Assembly (NCBI GenBank): GCA_964452565.1
Contig: CAYVLY010000001.1
Span: 643,053 to 707,052, forward strand
Length of the DNA: 64,000 bases
Source: an uncultured Gammaproteobacteria bacterium
Lineage (GTDB): Bacteria; Patescibacteriota; Patescibacteriia; UBA9934
Direction: 5' to 3'
In this document: one piece after another, positions 19,227 through 28,464 of the stretch
Layout: the number at the start of each line of letters is the position of its first letter
How positions within the stretch are numbered: the first letter of the stretch is position 1
Notes under the pieces: generated by a model
Told to the model about the DNA's origin: nothing
Seen by the model: the letters and a program-made list of their open reading frames with translations, nothing else
Database searches by the model: none
Translations under genes and position numbers: made by a program

Positions 19227-22169
19227 TTATTCCGTTGTTTCTTCTTCGGACTCCTCCCCTGTTTCTGACAAATACTCGAACGGATTTTCAGCTGCAGCGG
19301 TTTCGGTCCCCATGATTGAAACTTGAACAGGTTCGATGTCTATGTTGTTGTCTCCGCCGTCTGTAACAAATCCATAGATTAGATAGTCACCCTCGCCTGG
19401 GAGTGCCCAGCTTACAGTGTTCACTGCGGACGGCGCCTCGATGTGTTCGATAAGGCTCGTGGTGCTGTCCCAAAGATTCTGAGCATATAATGTCATTGAG
19501 AGAATGTCTGACTCATTCATCTCTACAACCACCGTATATGGCTCTCCATTGGCTTCGATTTCCTGCCCATTGAATGGATTGGTAATCGTGACATTTGCTG
19601 TGTCAGCGTCCTCGGCTACGTCGATCTTAATGTCGTCACTTCCTTGGTTGTCAACGTCGTCATACGCGACAACTGTGAGTGTGTGCGTTCCAGAATCGAC
19701 CCAACTTGGGAGTTCGAGATCAATGTCTGATGTATTGCTGGTCTGCTTTACCACAACGCCATCGATTTGATATTCGATTCGATCAACCCCGCGACGTGCA
19801 GTTGCCTTGACTTCTACACTGAATTCGCGGCCAACAGAGTCGTTGTTGTCAGGCGACTTAATCGACACATCTGGTTCGTTTCGATCGGTGTGCACGTCGT
19901 CCTCTTCTGTTGGGATCTCACACTCCTCAAGTGGTGCCTGTCCCTCCTCGAGACTCTCATTATAATTTGTGATGTATGATTGCACTGCAGACTCCCAACG
20001 CTCGTAGGCGCCATCAACCGGCTCGCTTACAACACCGCCTGTTGGGTCGTCTGGGTTTATGTAGTAGAGGATGTTGTGATATTCGCCACAAACCTTAGTT
20101 TCCTTGTATCGTTCCGGAGTTTTATCTGTTGCAAGCTTTCCTGACGCTGTGTCAATTGTGACCTCTTCGCTTGGCAGGGTTCCATCAAGCACCGCGATGC
20201 CAGTAATTGGGATCTCAGGCGCGTTGAAGTATTCGATTGGCTCATCAGCAAGCGCGGCATACATAAACTCGTTCCAGATTGGTGCTGCCACTGAGCTTCC
20301 TCCAGATCCACGGTTCATTGCTGTACCGTCTGTGTTCCCTGTCCAAACTCCAGCAACAAGCTGCGGAGTATATCCAATGGTCCAGGCGTCCTTGTAGTCG
20401 TTTGTAGTTCCAGTTTTTGCTGCAGCTGGTCGAGATCCTAGTGTCAGATACCCACCAGCGCCAAAGAATGGAGCTCGAGCTGAGTCATCTGAAAGTACAT
20501 TGGTAATCATTCGCGCCAGGTTAGTGTCAAGCGCGTCTTTTCCGTCGCTTTCTTCCCACTCTTCAAGCACTTCTCCGTCAGAATCTTCGACCTTCAAGAT
20601 AGAAACAGGCTCATAATATGTTCCCTCATTTGCGAACACGGCATATGCAGACACGTGTTCGATCAACTTGACCTCAGCGCCACCAAGCACCATTGAAAGC
20701 CCGTATTGAGCTGGGTCAGTGAGTGTTGTGTAGCCAAGTCGCCCGGCAAAATCAGCTGCAGCATTAACACCAACAAGGTAAAGCATCTTAACAGCTGGGA
20801 TATTTAAGGATCCCTGCAGTGCACTTCGAATAGTTAGCGGCCCATGCTCTTTTAGGTCATAGTTTTTCGGAGAATACGGACCAGTAGCCGTTCCAAACTC
20901 AGTCTCAACATCCCACAAGAGCGTATTTGGCGTGTAGCCCGCTTCAAATCCCGCAGTGTATACAATTGGTTTAAATGATGAGCCTGGCTGAAGTGGTTGC
21001 TGTGTAACGTTTACCTGCCCGTCAATGTCGTCATCAAAGTAGTCAACTGATCCAACCATAGCCACAATGTGTCCGTTGTCTGGGTCAATCGCAACAAGGC
21101 CAGAGTTGTTAAAGCCATAAGTTTCTGATCGTGCGTCTCGGTTATTTAGTACCGCCTCTTCTGCTGCCATTTGCATGTCATAGTCGATTGATGTGACAAC
21201 AGTCATTCCGCCCTGCTCTACTTCCTTTTGACCATACTCCTCTTCAAGCTGCTCCTTTACCCAAAGAACAAAGTGTGGAGCGTCAATGTCAGAGTAGTAA
21301 GCTGTTATGCTGGTGTCCTCCAGCATTGCAGCGTCGGCTTCTTCTTGTGTTATGTATCCCAACTCTGCCATATCGCCTAAGATCCAATTTCTTCGTCCTT
21401 CGAGCTCATCAGGATTATTAAGATAATATGTTGTTGCCTGTGGAAGCGCAGCAAGTGTTGCTGCCTGAGAAAGACTTAGATCCTCGACTGCAGAATCGTA
21501 ATATGCGCTTGCTGCAGCCTGCACACCATAGTTGCGTGATCCGTACGGAATCTCGTTCAAGTACAGCTGCATGATTTCGTCTTTTGTATAGCGTCGTTCA
21601 AGCGCCAGCGACAGAATGATCTCTTTAAACTTTCTAGTAAAGGTTTTTTCATTTGAAAGAATGGCGTTTTTAACAAGTTGCTGTGTAATGGTTGATGCGC
21701 CTTGAGATTTACTCAAAGTCACCACATCAACAAAGATTGCGCGCAAGATTCCTCTGTAGTCGATGCCCCCATGCTCATAAAAGCTCCGATCCTCAGCTGT
21801 GATAGTTGCCCAGACCATGTACTCGGGGATCTGGTCGAGCGTCACTAGTGTTCGCTTTTCGTCCCCTGCAATCTCGTAGAGAAGATGTTCTCCGGTTCTG
21901 TCATAAATCTTAGTCGACTGCGGAACCTCGCGGATTGTCAGTGAGTTTGGGTCTGGCAGGTCTTTAGAAAGCCAGGCAAAAGCACCTAGCAAAAATATGC
22001 TCCCCAGCAGCGCCACGGCCACAAGTACCAATAGGACATTTTTGATAAGCGTGGGTCGATCTGCCTTTTTTAGATATGCGAAATAGGAATCTAGCCTTCG
22101 CTTCCAGCCTTTTTTGCGCGAAGAAGCCCAAGTATGGTTTCTGCGGCGCGGAGAATGGGGTCGACTCAT
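19227..22169 (-). CDS. class A penicillin-binding protein (PBP1A family) with C-terminal Ig-like domains
   Basis: EDRSFYEHGGID, GASTITQQL, RKFKE, GSSFKP, SLN, KTGT. Confidence 0.95.
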   Translation of the reverse strand: MSRPHSPRRRNHTWASSRKKGWKRRLDSYFAYLKKADRPTLIKNVLLVLVAVALLGSIFLLGAFAWLSKDLPDPNSLTIREVPQSTKIYDRTGEHLLYEIAGDEKRTLVTLDQIPEYMVWATITAEDRSFYEHGGIDYRGILRAIFVDVVTLSKSQGASTITQQLVKNAILSNEKTFTRKFKEIILSLALERRYTKDEIMQLYLNEIPYGSRNYGVQAAASAYYDSAVEDLSLSQAATLAALPQATTYYLNNPDELEGRRNWILGDMAELGYITQEEADAAMLEDTSITAYYSDIDAPHFVLWVKEQLEEEYGQKEVEQGGMTVVTSIDYDMQMAAEEAVLNNRDARSETYGFNNSGLVAIDPDNGHIVAMVGSVDYFDDDIDGQVNVTQQPLQPGSSFKPIVYTAGFEAGYTPNTLLWDVETEFGTATGPYSPKNYDLKEHGPLTIRSALQGSLNIPAVKMLYLVGVNAAADFAGRLGYTTLTDPAQYGLSMVLGGAEVKLIEHVSAYAVFANEGTYYEPVSILKVEDSDGEVLEEWEESDGKDALDTNLARMITNVLSDDSARAPFFGAGGYLTLGSRPAAAKTGTTNDYKDAWTIGYTPQLVAGVWTGNTDGTAMNRGSGGSSVAAPIWNEFMYAALADEPIEYFNAPEIPITGIAVLDGTLPSEEVTIDTASGKLATDKTPERYKETKVCGEYHNILYYINPDDPTGGVVSEPVDGAYERWESAVQSYITNYNESLEEGQAPLEECEIPTEEDDVHTDRNEPDVSIKSPDNNDSVGREFSVEVKATARRGVDRIEYQIDGVVVKQTSNTSDIDLELPSWVDSGTHTLTVVAYDDVDNQGSDDIKIDVAEDADTANVTITNPFNGQEIEANGEPYTVVVEMNESDILSMTLYAQNLWDSTTSLIEHIEAPSAVNTVSWALPGEGDYLIYGFVTDGGDNNIDIEPVQVSIMGTETAAAENPFEYLSETGEESEEETTE

Positions 22170-22457
22170 AGTAAACAAGATTATCAATGATTTGTAAGAT
22201 TATACGAAATTTTGCCGATTTTGGCAAAAAATAGTGGATTTTTTCTGTGCTAATTTTGGCTCAAAATCAGACTTATTCATTGACTTTTGGGGTCAAATAT
22301 GCTATAGTATTGATCCCTCGTAAAGCGAGGGTTTTTTGATACATGGGTTTTCCTGTTCAAAAAGCCTAAGGTTGAGAGGGGTCGATTGAGTGAGAATTCG
22401 CATAAAGAATGAACTGCTTTTACGCAGCTTATCCTTTAATCGAATTCAATAAACCCT

Positions 22458-22985
22458 ATGAAATACATTTCTCTAAAGGAGGTGCTTACGGTCATCAAAA
22501 AGTCTCCGATTGAGTGTGCATTAATTGGACTATTAACTTTTGCATTGGCCTATGTTGTTCTCCCAATTGAAGCCTCTGCAAGTATGGACTTGGATTACAC
22601 TAACGAAGCTTTGGCTCTCGAAATAGATGCAATCCAGAATAACTTCCGTGAATATGGACAGTTGCCAGAGTCTGACTTGCGAGGACCAGCCTACACTATT
22701 ACGGTGCCGGCAACTGCTTATAACTCGCTTCCAGAGCAGACTGATGACACCCCGTTTATTACGGCCTCTGGAACAACTACTCGTCACGGAGTGCTTGCGG
22801 CAAACTTCTTGCCAATTGGTACCCGCGTGAAGATCCCAGAGATCTACGGTGATGATATCTTTGTCGTAGAGGATCGCATGAACGCGCGATATTGGGAACG
22901 AGTAGACATCTGGATGGAAAGCTATGATGATGCGATCCAGTTCGGATACCAAAACATTGAAATTGAGGTTTACCCAAACCAATAA
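22458..22985 (+). CDS. 3D-domain (MltA-like lytic transglycosylase) protein
   Basis: ATAYNS...TDDTPFITASG, LPIGTRV, VEDRM...RVDIWM. Confidence 0.88.
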   Translation: MKYISLKEVLTVIKKSPIECALIGLLTFALAYVVLPIEASASMDLDYTNEALALEIDAIQNNFREYGQLPESDLRGPAYTITVPATAYNSLPEQTDDTPFITASGTTTRHGVLAANFLPIGTRVKIPEIYGDDIFVVEDRMNARYWERVDIWMESYDDAIQFGYQNIEIEVYPNQ

Positions 22986-23147
22986 AATAAACAAAAACCC
23001 CGGCCGTGAGTCGCGGGTTTTTGTTTTTGTAGAACCCAGAGCCTTTGCATTTAACTGGGTTCTGAGGTCTGGTGTCTGGGTTCTGCCCACAGGTCTTTTT
23101 TTGTTTGGTGCGAAATGCTAAGATATATCCAGTAATAAAGCATTTCT

Positions 23148-23690
23148 ATGAAAAAAGCGATATTTGGTCTTTTTGCCCTGGTGCTACTAGGGGCAGGCTG
23201 TATGCCAGCGGCCACAGTAGAGGGTGATTGGTTCTTAGCATTTGATTTGCCAGACGGGTGGGTCATGGTCCGCGAATACAACATGGGCGGCGAGGCTGTT
23301 CCAGTTGACGAGGGGGTTTCGCGTGAGATTTCGGACATTGTTCTCCAAAGCACATCGTCCCATATCTATACAAGTTCGGTTGAGCTAGATGAGGAGGCCC
23401 TTGCAATGACCGGGGAGATTGTGGCCGATCACTTCACCTACATTCGAGTATTAAAGCTTGATGATAGGCGTGTGATTCCTTCTGAATCAGAAAATATGGG
23501 AGACGGTTTCTACAAGGAAGATATGTGTGAGGGCGTTGAGAGTTGCGAGCTTGAGAGGGCTGATAGATACCGTTACTACTTTGAGACCGATACATCAAAA
23601 TACCAGTTTCTTGTCACACAGGCCGGTCAGGAGATTGAGGAGGCTGAAGGTGTCATCCTGAGCGCGACAGAGGTTACAGTAATTGAGTAA
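23148..23690 (+). CDS. hypothetical lipoprotein
   Basis: signal peptide with lipobox LGAGC. Confidence 0.8.
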   Translation: MKKAIFGLFALVLLGAGCMPAATVEGDWFLAFDLPDGWVMVREYNMGGEAVPVDEGVSREISDIVLQSTSSHIYTSSVELDEEALAMTGEIVADHFTYIRVLKLDDRRVIPSESENMGDGFYKEDMCEGVESCELERADRYRYYFETDTSKYQFLVTQAGQEIEEAEGVILSATEVTVIE

Positions 23691-23718
23691 TTTTAAGATA
23701 AAAGTAAAAAAGAGGCTT

Positions 23719-24597
23719 ATGAAAAAGATTTTATTGTCATGTGCGCTTGTGGCTATGGCTGCAGTAGTCGCGCTTCCAGCGTCAGCTGCATTGGAATTCC
23801 CAACAGTGGCTGGTTTGGAGCCGGGATCACTCATCAAGAGCGCGGCATCAAGCACCGTCTATTACTTTGGTGAAGATGAGATGCGTTACGGATTCCCAAA
23901 CGAGAACACGTACTTCACCTGGTATGACGACTTTGATTCAGTTGAGACGATCGCTGTGTCTGAGATGGACATGGTCCCATTCGGAGGAATGGTTACATAC
24001 AGGCCGCAGCTTGGAAACGATGGGGCTACAACCAGATTGCTAAAATTATCTACTGGATCTGAGGTATACGTTCCAATTGGTAGCAACATGCTTGCTGCGA
24101 TTAAGAATGTAGATAACGCCAACGCATTATTTGGTGATTATTGGATGGACCTCGTTGATGATCTTCCAGATGTATTTGTCCCGCACTACACAGTGCTTGG
24201 TGGTGTTTTGGCAGATGACGTGAGTTTTATCGATTTAGATGATTACACAATCTCAGACAGCATTGACCTTTTTGAAACAACTGGCGTGATGATGTATGAA
24301 GACCCGCTTCGTTTTGCTGCAGAAGACGAGGAGGTTGAGCTTGATGATGACGGAGATCACTGCTCTGATTCCTACTGCGGTTACAATGTCGTTAGAGTTA
24401 ACCAAGGTGAAACAATTAAGTTTGTAAACTACACAACAGAGACACTAACGGTTCGTGAGTCAGATAATAACCTGTTCACAACGGGTAGTATTGATCCAGA
24501 AGGGATCGTTGTGTTAACCATCGATCTAGAGCCAGGTGAATATGATTTCCGAGCAGATGAGGACTGGGACATGATGGGTGTGTTAGTTGTTGAGTAA
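23719..24597 (+). CDS. secreted protein with a possible C-terminal cupredoxin-like domain
   Basis: signal peptide; GSLIK..STVYY..RYGFPN..TYFTWY module; C-terminal V.VxxGETIKFVN...PGEYDF...MMGVLVVE. Confidence 0.7.
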   Translation: MKKILLSCALVAMAAVVALPASAALEFPTVAGLEPGSLIKSAASSTVYYFGEDEMRYGFPNENTYFTWYDDFDSVETIAVSEMDMVPFGGMVTYRPQLGNDGATTRLLKLSTGSEVYVPIGSNMLAAIKNVDNANALFGDYWMDLVDDLPDVFVPHYTVLGGVLADDVSFIDLDDYTISDSIDLFETTGVMMYEDPLRFAAEDEEVELDDDGDHCSDSYCGYNVVRVNQGETIKFVNYTTETLTVRESDNNLFTTGSIDPEGIVVLTIDLEPGEYDFRADEDWDMMGVLVVE

Positions 24598-24753
24598 AGT
24601 TGAGATAATCAAAAGCACCCCACGACGGGGTGTTTTTGATTTCACTTTTTACGGTTCAACCCTATTTGTAAGAAGTGATTTTTTATATGAGACGCCCTTG
24701 ATCGGATCAGGGGCATCCAGGGCTATTCGATTATATCAAATAGTCATGGATAG

Positions 24754-24830
24754 TGGAGGCCACGGCCGGACTCGAACCGGCGAATAGCGGTTTTGCAGAC
24801 CGCAGCGTTAACCAACTTCGCCACGTGGCC
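24754..24830 (-). tRNA. tRNA-Cys(GCA)
   Basis: GGCCACG...CTGCAAA anticodon loop, GGTTCGAGTCC, CCA encoded. Confidence 0.97.
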
Positions 24831-24889
24831 TTATCAATGGGTTGTAGGAAGGTATTCCTGTCGACCACCTGTCAAAGATGAGCTGCGGA

Positions 24890-24954
24890 GCAGCGCCTGT
24901 CCGCCAAAGCTCCGATGGGAGCGACGGTGGATTAACCAACTTCGCCACGTGGCC
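24890..24954 (-). pseudogene. 5' fragment of tRNA-Cys interrupted by a 36-bp palindromic insertion
   Basis: GGCCACGTGGCGAAGTTGGTTAA identical to the tRNA 5' end, insert 24896-24931, then CGCTGC resumes. Confidence 0.8.
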
Positions 24955-25038
24955 ACGCGAGGATTGTAGCAGGTTTGAGGTCTTTTTTCAAGCATAGAAC
25001 CCGCCGGTGAGGGCGGGCACGGTAGCGCGGGCAGAGAG

Positions 25039-25260
25039 TCATCGGCACATCGTAGGCGGATTGGCGTACAAGCTGTCCGTGATGCAGCCCACACATCCAC
25101 TGAGCCTAACGGGCGCGTAGAGCTTCTTAGGGCATAGGCGAATACCGGGAGCGGTGTGCCGAACCTCGACAGAGGCCCTCTCTGTTTCGAATTCGATCAT
25201 CTGACCAAGCGCAGCTGTCTCGTGTCGAGGTCTGGGATGGAAGGGGCACCAGGCGTTCAT
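25039..25260 (-). CDS. small hypothetical protein (GC-rich)
   Basis: GGAGG RBS 4-5 nt before ATG; terminator-like hairpin near 25000-25017. Confidence 0.5.
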   Translation of the reverse strand: MNAWCPFHPRPRHETAALGQMIEFETERASVEVRHTAPGIRLCPKKLYAPVRLSGCVGCITDSLYANPPTMCR

Positions 25261-25281
25261 GTTGCCTCCAATGGCAGTGAG

Positions 25282-25704
25282 TTAACGAACCTCTTGCAAG
25301 ATCCGTACGATTTGGTCAAGTTGTAGTGATGCTAGGTTTTTTGGCACAACTTCATCCGCAGCTTTCTGAACATCTGTGTGCATTTCCTCAAAAACTTCAT
25401 TCTTCAGAGCCTCGGGCGCGCACAGTACCAGGTCGGCCGGTTCCTTCTGAAGTTCTTTCATGAGGTACTTACTCAAGCTCTTGTACATTGCTAGTCGAAC
25501 ATTGTGCTTATCTTCATCAAAATCACGAGGTCCGTCGTTGCTTGTTCCACTTTGCATGCCCTCACGATCGATTTCTTTGGCCTTAAACTCTTTCACCTCT
25601 TCGATCTCGCGATCCTTTGCGATATATACACGCGCAAGCTCATTGTTTGTGACAACAATGTAGGTTTTTTGCTCGTAGGGTTGATAATGATGTGAGATTT
25701 CCAT
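25282..25704 (-). CDS. host-attachment (AtsE)/baeRF-like protein
   Basis: YIVVTN...ARVY, LVLCAP...KNL pattern. Confidence 0.65.
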   Translation of the reverse strand: MEISHHYQPYEQKTYIVVTNNELARVYIAKDREIEEVKEFKAKEIDREGMQSGTSNDGPRDFDEDKHNVRLAMYKSLSKYLMKELQKEPADLVLCAPEALKNEVFEEMHTDVQKAADEVVPKNLASLQLDQIVRILQEVR

Positions 25705-25754
25705 ATGCATATATTATACCAAGTCAGACGCAAAGCTGATATAATGCCTGTGAT

Positions 25755-26459
25755 ATGAAAGGAGGATTGAAAAATCGTGTTGGTTTTTTCATTCGAGAGA
25801 TTGTTTTTGGTTTTGAAGACTCGTTAGTTTCGACCCTGGGCGTTGTGACAGGAGTTGCTGCAGGAACTCAGAGTCAATTTGTGGTTGTGCTAACAGGCGT
25901 GGTGCTCATTTTCGTTGAAGGACTCTCAATGGCTGCCGGAAGTTACCTCTCATCTAAGTCTGCGCGTGAGGTCTTTGAGGATCGTAAGCGTCAGGACGGT
26001 TCACGCATGCTTCAAGAACGAATTTCAGACAACGAGTCGCTTGAGCAGGCCTTGAAGCGCAAAAAGTTTTCCAAAGATCAAGTTTCCCGTATTGCAGACG
26101 TGCTTACACAGGAACGCAAGCTTTGGATAAAAGAAGTCCAGCGCTGCGAATATCGATTTGCACCCGCGGTCTCTGGTTCACCCGTTGCCTCTGGTGTTGT
26201 GATGGGCGCGTTTTATCTCATTGGAGGAATTTTCCCACTTCTACCATATTTCTTTCTACCAGTGCTTGAGGCGATCGTTCCATCGATCATTATCACTGGC
26301 CTGGTATTGTTTGGGCTCGGATTTGCAAAAGGGAAGGTCGTGGGTGGTCATCCGCTAAAGAGTGGATTTGAGATGACCCTTATATCACTAACAGCCGCAT
26401 TGCTTGGATATCTAATTGGCCGGCTTGTAGCAACTTATTTTGGAATTGATATTTATTAA
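25755..26459 (+). CDS. VIT1/CCC1 family Fe/Mn transporter
   Basis: REIVFGFEDSLVS, SMAAGSYLS..S, five TM segments. Confidence 0.92.
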   Translation: MKGGLKNRVGFFIREIVFGFEDSLVSTLGVVTGVAAGTQSQFVVVLTGVVLIFVEGLSMAAGSYLSSKSAREVFEDRKRQDGSRMLQERISDNESLEQALKRKKFSKDQVSRIADVLTQERKLWIKEVQRCEYRFAPAVSGSPVASGVVMGAFYLIGGIFPLLPYFFLPVLEAIVPSIIITGLVLFGLGFAKGKVVGGHPLKSGFEMTLISLTAALLGYLIGRLVATYFGIDIY

Positions 26460-26461
26460 TT

Positions 26462-27460
26462 GTGTTCTTACACCGATTACAAAAAATACATGCAACAGAA
26501 TTCCCGCGCGGGAGGAAGTGGATTAATGGCAATCCAATGACCTTGAAGTCACTGAAGGGCAAGGTCGTGCTTTTAGATTTTTGGACATACTCATGCATTA
26601 ATTGCATTCGAACGCTTGAGCATCTGCGCGCGTGGCATAAACGTTATGCTGATAAGGGGTTGGTGATTATTGGGATTCATACGCCAGAGTTCGAGTTTGA
26701 AAAAGATCAGGCTAATGTTGAGAGCGCGGTAAAGCGACTTAAGGTCAAATACCCAGTTGTTCTTGATTCTGATTACAAAATCTGGACGGCGTATGCTAAT
26801 CGATGGTGGCCACGTAAGTTGCTTTTGAATAAAGATGGAGAAATAATCTACGATCACATTGGCGAGGGCGGATATGCTGAAACCGAGTCTCAGATTCAAA
26901 AAGCTCTTCGTGAGATTGGTGTAGATGACCTGCCAGAGATTGTGCCTGACGTATCGGTCGGCGGCGGGATCTGCTACCGAACAACCCCAGAAACATATCT
27001 TGGATTTTTGCGTGGTAGATTTGGAAATGCACATGGCGTAATCCCGGGCGCTGAGGTTGATTTTACTGATAGGGGCGAGCATCAAGATAATCTAGTGTAT
27101 CTACACGGTCATTGGGTAATTGACAAGGAACGACTGAGTCATACAAGAGCCCTGGCTACTGCTAATGAATACCTGGCTTTGAAGTACAGCGGTTTCTCAG
27201 TAAACCTTGTTGCTGGGTCGCTAAAGAAGAATAGAGCGGCTGAGGTTGAAATCGAGCTAGATGGCAACCCATTGCCTGAAGATATGATTGGCACCAATGT
27301 TGAAATGAAGAATGGAAGGGCGGTTGTGCGCATGACTGCATCGCGTATGTACAACTTGGTTGACTCGGACGTTTATCACAAGGGTACCCTGAAGCTTAAG
27401 ACAGCGTCTGATCGCTTGAGCATGTATGCTTTTACTTTTGGTGGGTGTAAAGGGCAATAA
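26462..27460 (+). CDS. DipZ-like thioredoxin (TlpA domain plus C-terminal beta domain)
   Basis: LDFWTYSCINC, HTPEFEFE, TPETYLG, YAFTFG. Confidence 0.9.
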   Translation: MFLHRLQKIHATEFPRGRKWINGNPMTLKSLKGKVVLLDFWTYSCINCIRTLEHLRAWHKRYADKGLVIIGIHTPEFEFEKDQANVESAVKRLKVKYPVVLDSDYKIWTAYANRWWPRKLLLNKDGEIIYDHIGEGGYAETESQIQKALREIGVDDLPEIVPDVSVGGGICYRTTPETYLGFLRGRFGNAHGVIPGAEVDFTDRGEHQDNLVYLHGHWVIDKERLSHTRALATANEYLALKYSGFSVNLVAGSLKKNRAAEVEIELDGNPLPEDMIGTNVEMKNGRAVVRMTASRMYNLVDSDVYHKGTLKLKTASDRLSMYAFTFGGCKGQ

Positions 27461-27461
27461 T

Positions 27462-27544
27462 ATGTCACCCCTGCGTAGGCAGGGGTCCATCGAGGTGTTG
27501 AGCTCGACATAACGATGGATCCCGGCTCGGTGGCCGGGATGACA
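27462..27544. repeat. REPIN-like doublet (GTCAY-type)
   Basis: tgtcacccctgcgtaggcaggggtccat ... atggatcccggc-tcggtg-gccgggatgaca. Confidence 0.75.
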
Positions 27545-27609
27545 AGTTATAAGAAGCATGAACCCCACGCGCCTGAGAGGCGGTGGGGTTTTGATGTACG
27601 AGGCGGCGG

Positions 27610-28317
27610 CTAGCGCGAGCCGTGACGGGCGAACCAGGGGCCCTCCAACGGGAACTGGGCGGCCAGTTCGGGCTCGAGCTCGGTACCCAACCTATATCCA
27701 AACACATGCCGGGCAACACCCTCGACAAGCTTCAGGCTCTCGCGACCGAAGTACGTAGCCTTGAGCAAGAGCTTGGAGTTACACTGCACAAGCTGGCCCG
27801 CGGTCTCGAGCATGGGCCCGTTGCGACACAGTGCGTTGTAGGAACGCTCATCGAGAATCCCATTGCCGCACAAGACCGCAAGCTCCGTCGTAAGGGGGAG
27901 CTTGGTGGGCTCCGGCAGCAGATCGCGGACTTCGGCCGGGATCGGTGTCTCGAGTTCGATCCCGAGTTCACCAAGCACCCTTTCGATCTCGTTGAGCGCA
28001 CGGAACGTGAATAGGCCACTGGCCTCGAGCTCGGCCCTGGTCTTTATGGCGATCTGCCAGATATACTGGGCGTTGTAGCGCGCCAGGCATCTCCAGGTAT
28101 GGTTTGAGAGCTCTAACTCATCGCAGCGCCTCAGGAGGTTCTGGTCGAGGCCGTTGAGCAGTTCGCGCTCGCGTGCTTCGGCCTTGAACTCGGCGAGCTC
28201 AGCCCGAAGTTGGGCGTTCTCGGCCTGGGCGGCTTCGAGTTGGGCCTTCAGATGTTCGTTCTCGGTATGCAACCTTTGTTTTTGTCGCTGAAGTGATTCC
28301 ACAAATGTGCTTTGCAT
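27610..28317 (-). CDS. coiled-coil protein with two RNA polymerase alpha-CTD-like domains
   Basis: LLRRCDELELSNHTWRCL...KTRAEL...ALNEIERVLGELGIEL and LDERSYNALCR...LVQCNSKLLLKATYFGRESL resemble the RpoA CTD. Confidence 0.75.
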   Translation of the reverse strand: MQSTFVESLQRQKQRLHTENEHLKAQLEAAQAENAQLRAELAEFKAEARERELLNGLDQNLLRRCDELELSNHTWRCLARYNAQYIWQIAIKTRAELEASGLFTFRALNEIERVLGELGIELETPIPAEVRDLLPEPTKLPLTTELAVLCGNGILDERSYNALCRNGPMLETAGQLVQCNSKLLLKATYFGRESLKLVEGVARHVFGYRLGTELEPELAAQFPLEGPWFARHGSR

Positions 28318-28464
28318 GAAGGCGTCCTTGTACTTTGGTAAGGTTAGTATTGATGGGGCGAATCCGTTGAAATGGTTGGTAACATTAGCAAATAAATGCA
28401 GCACTGTCAACCATGATAGAATAATTGACAGAATGCACAAATTTTCTTATTCTGAGGCATCGAT

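Noticed and set aside
23053-23087. Heptamer-like runs (ctgggtt/ctgaggt; also near 32750-32820, 34820-34850, 45320-45345)
   Set aside because: Short degenerate simple repeats with no spacer structure or supportable function
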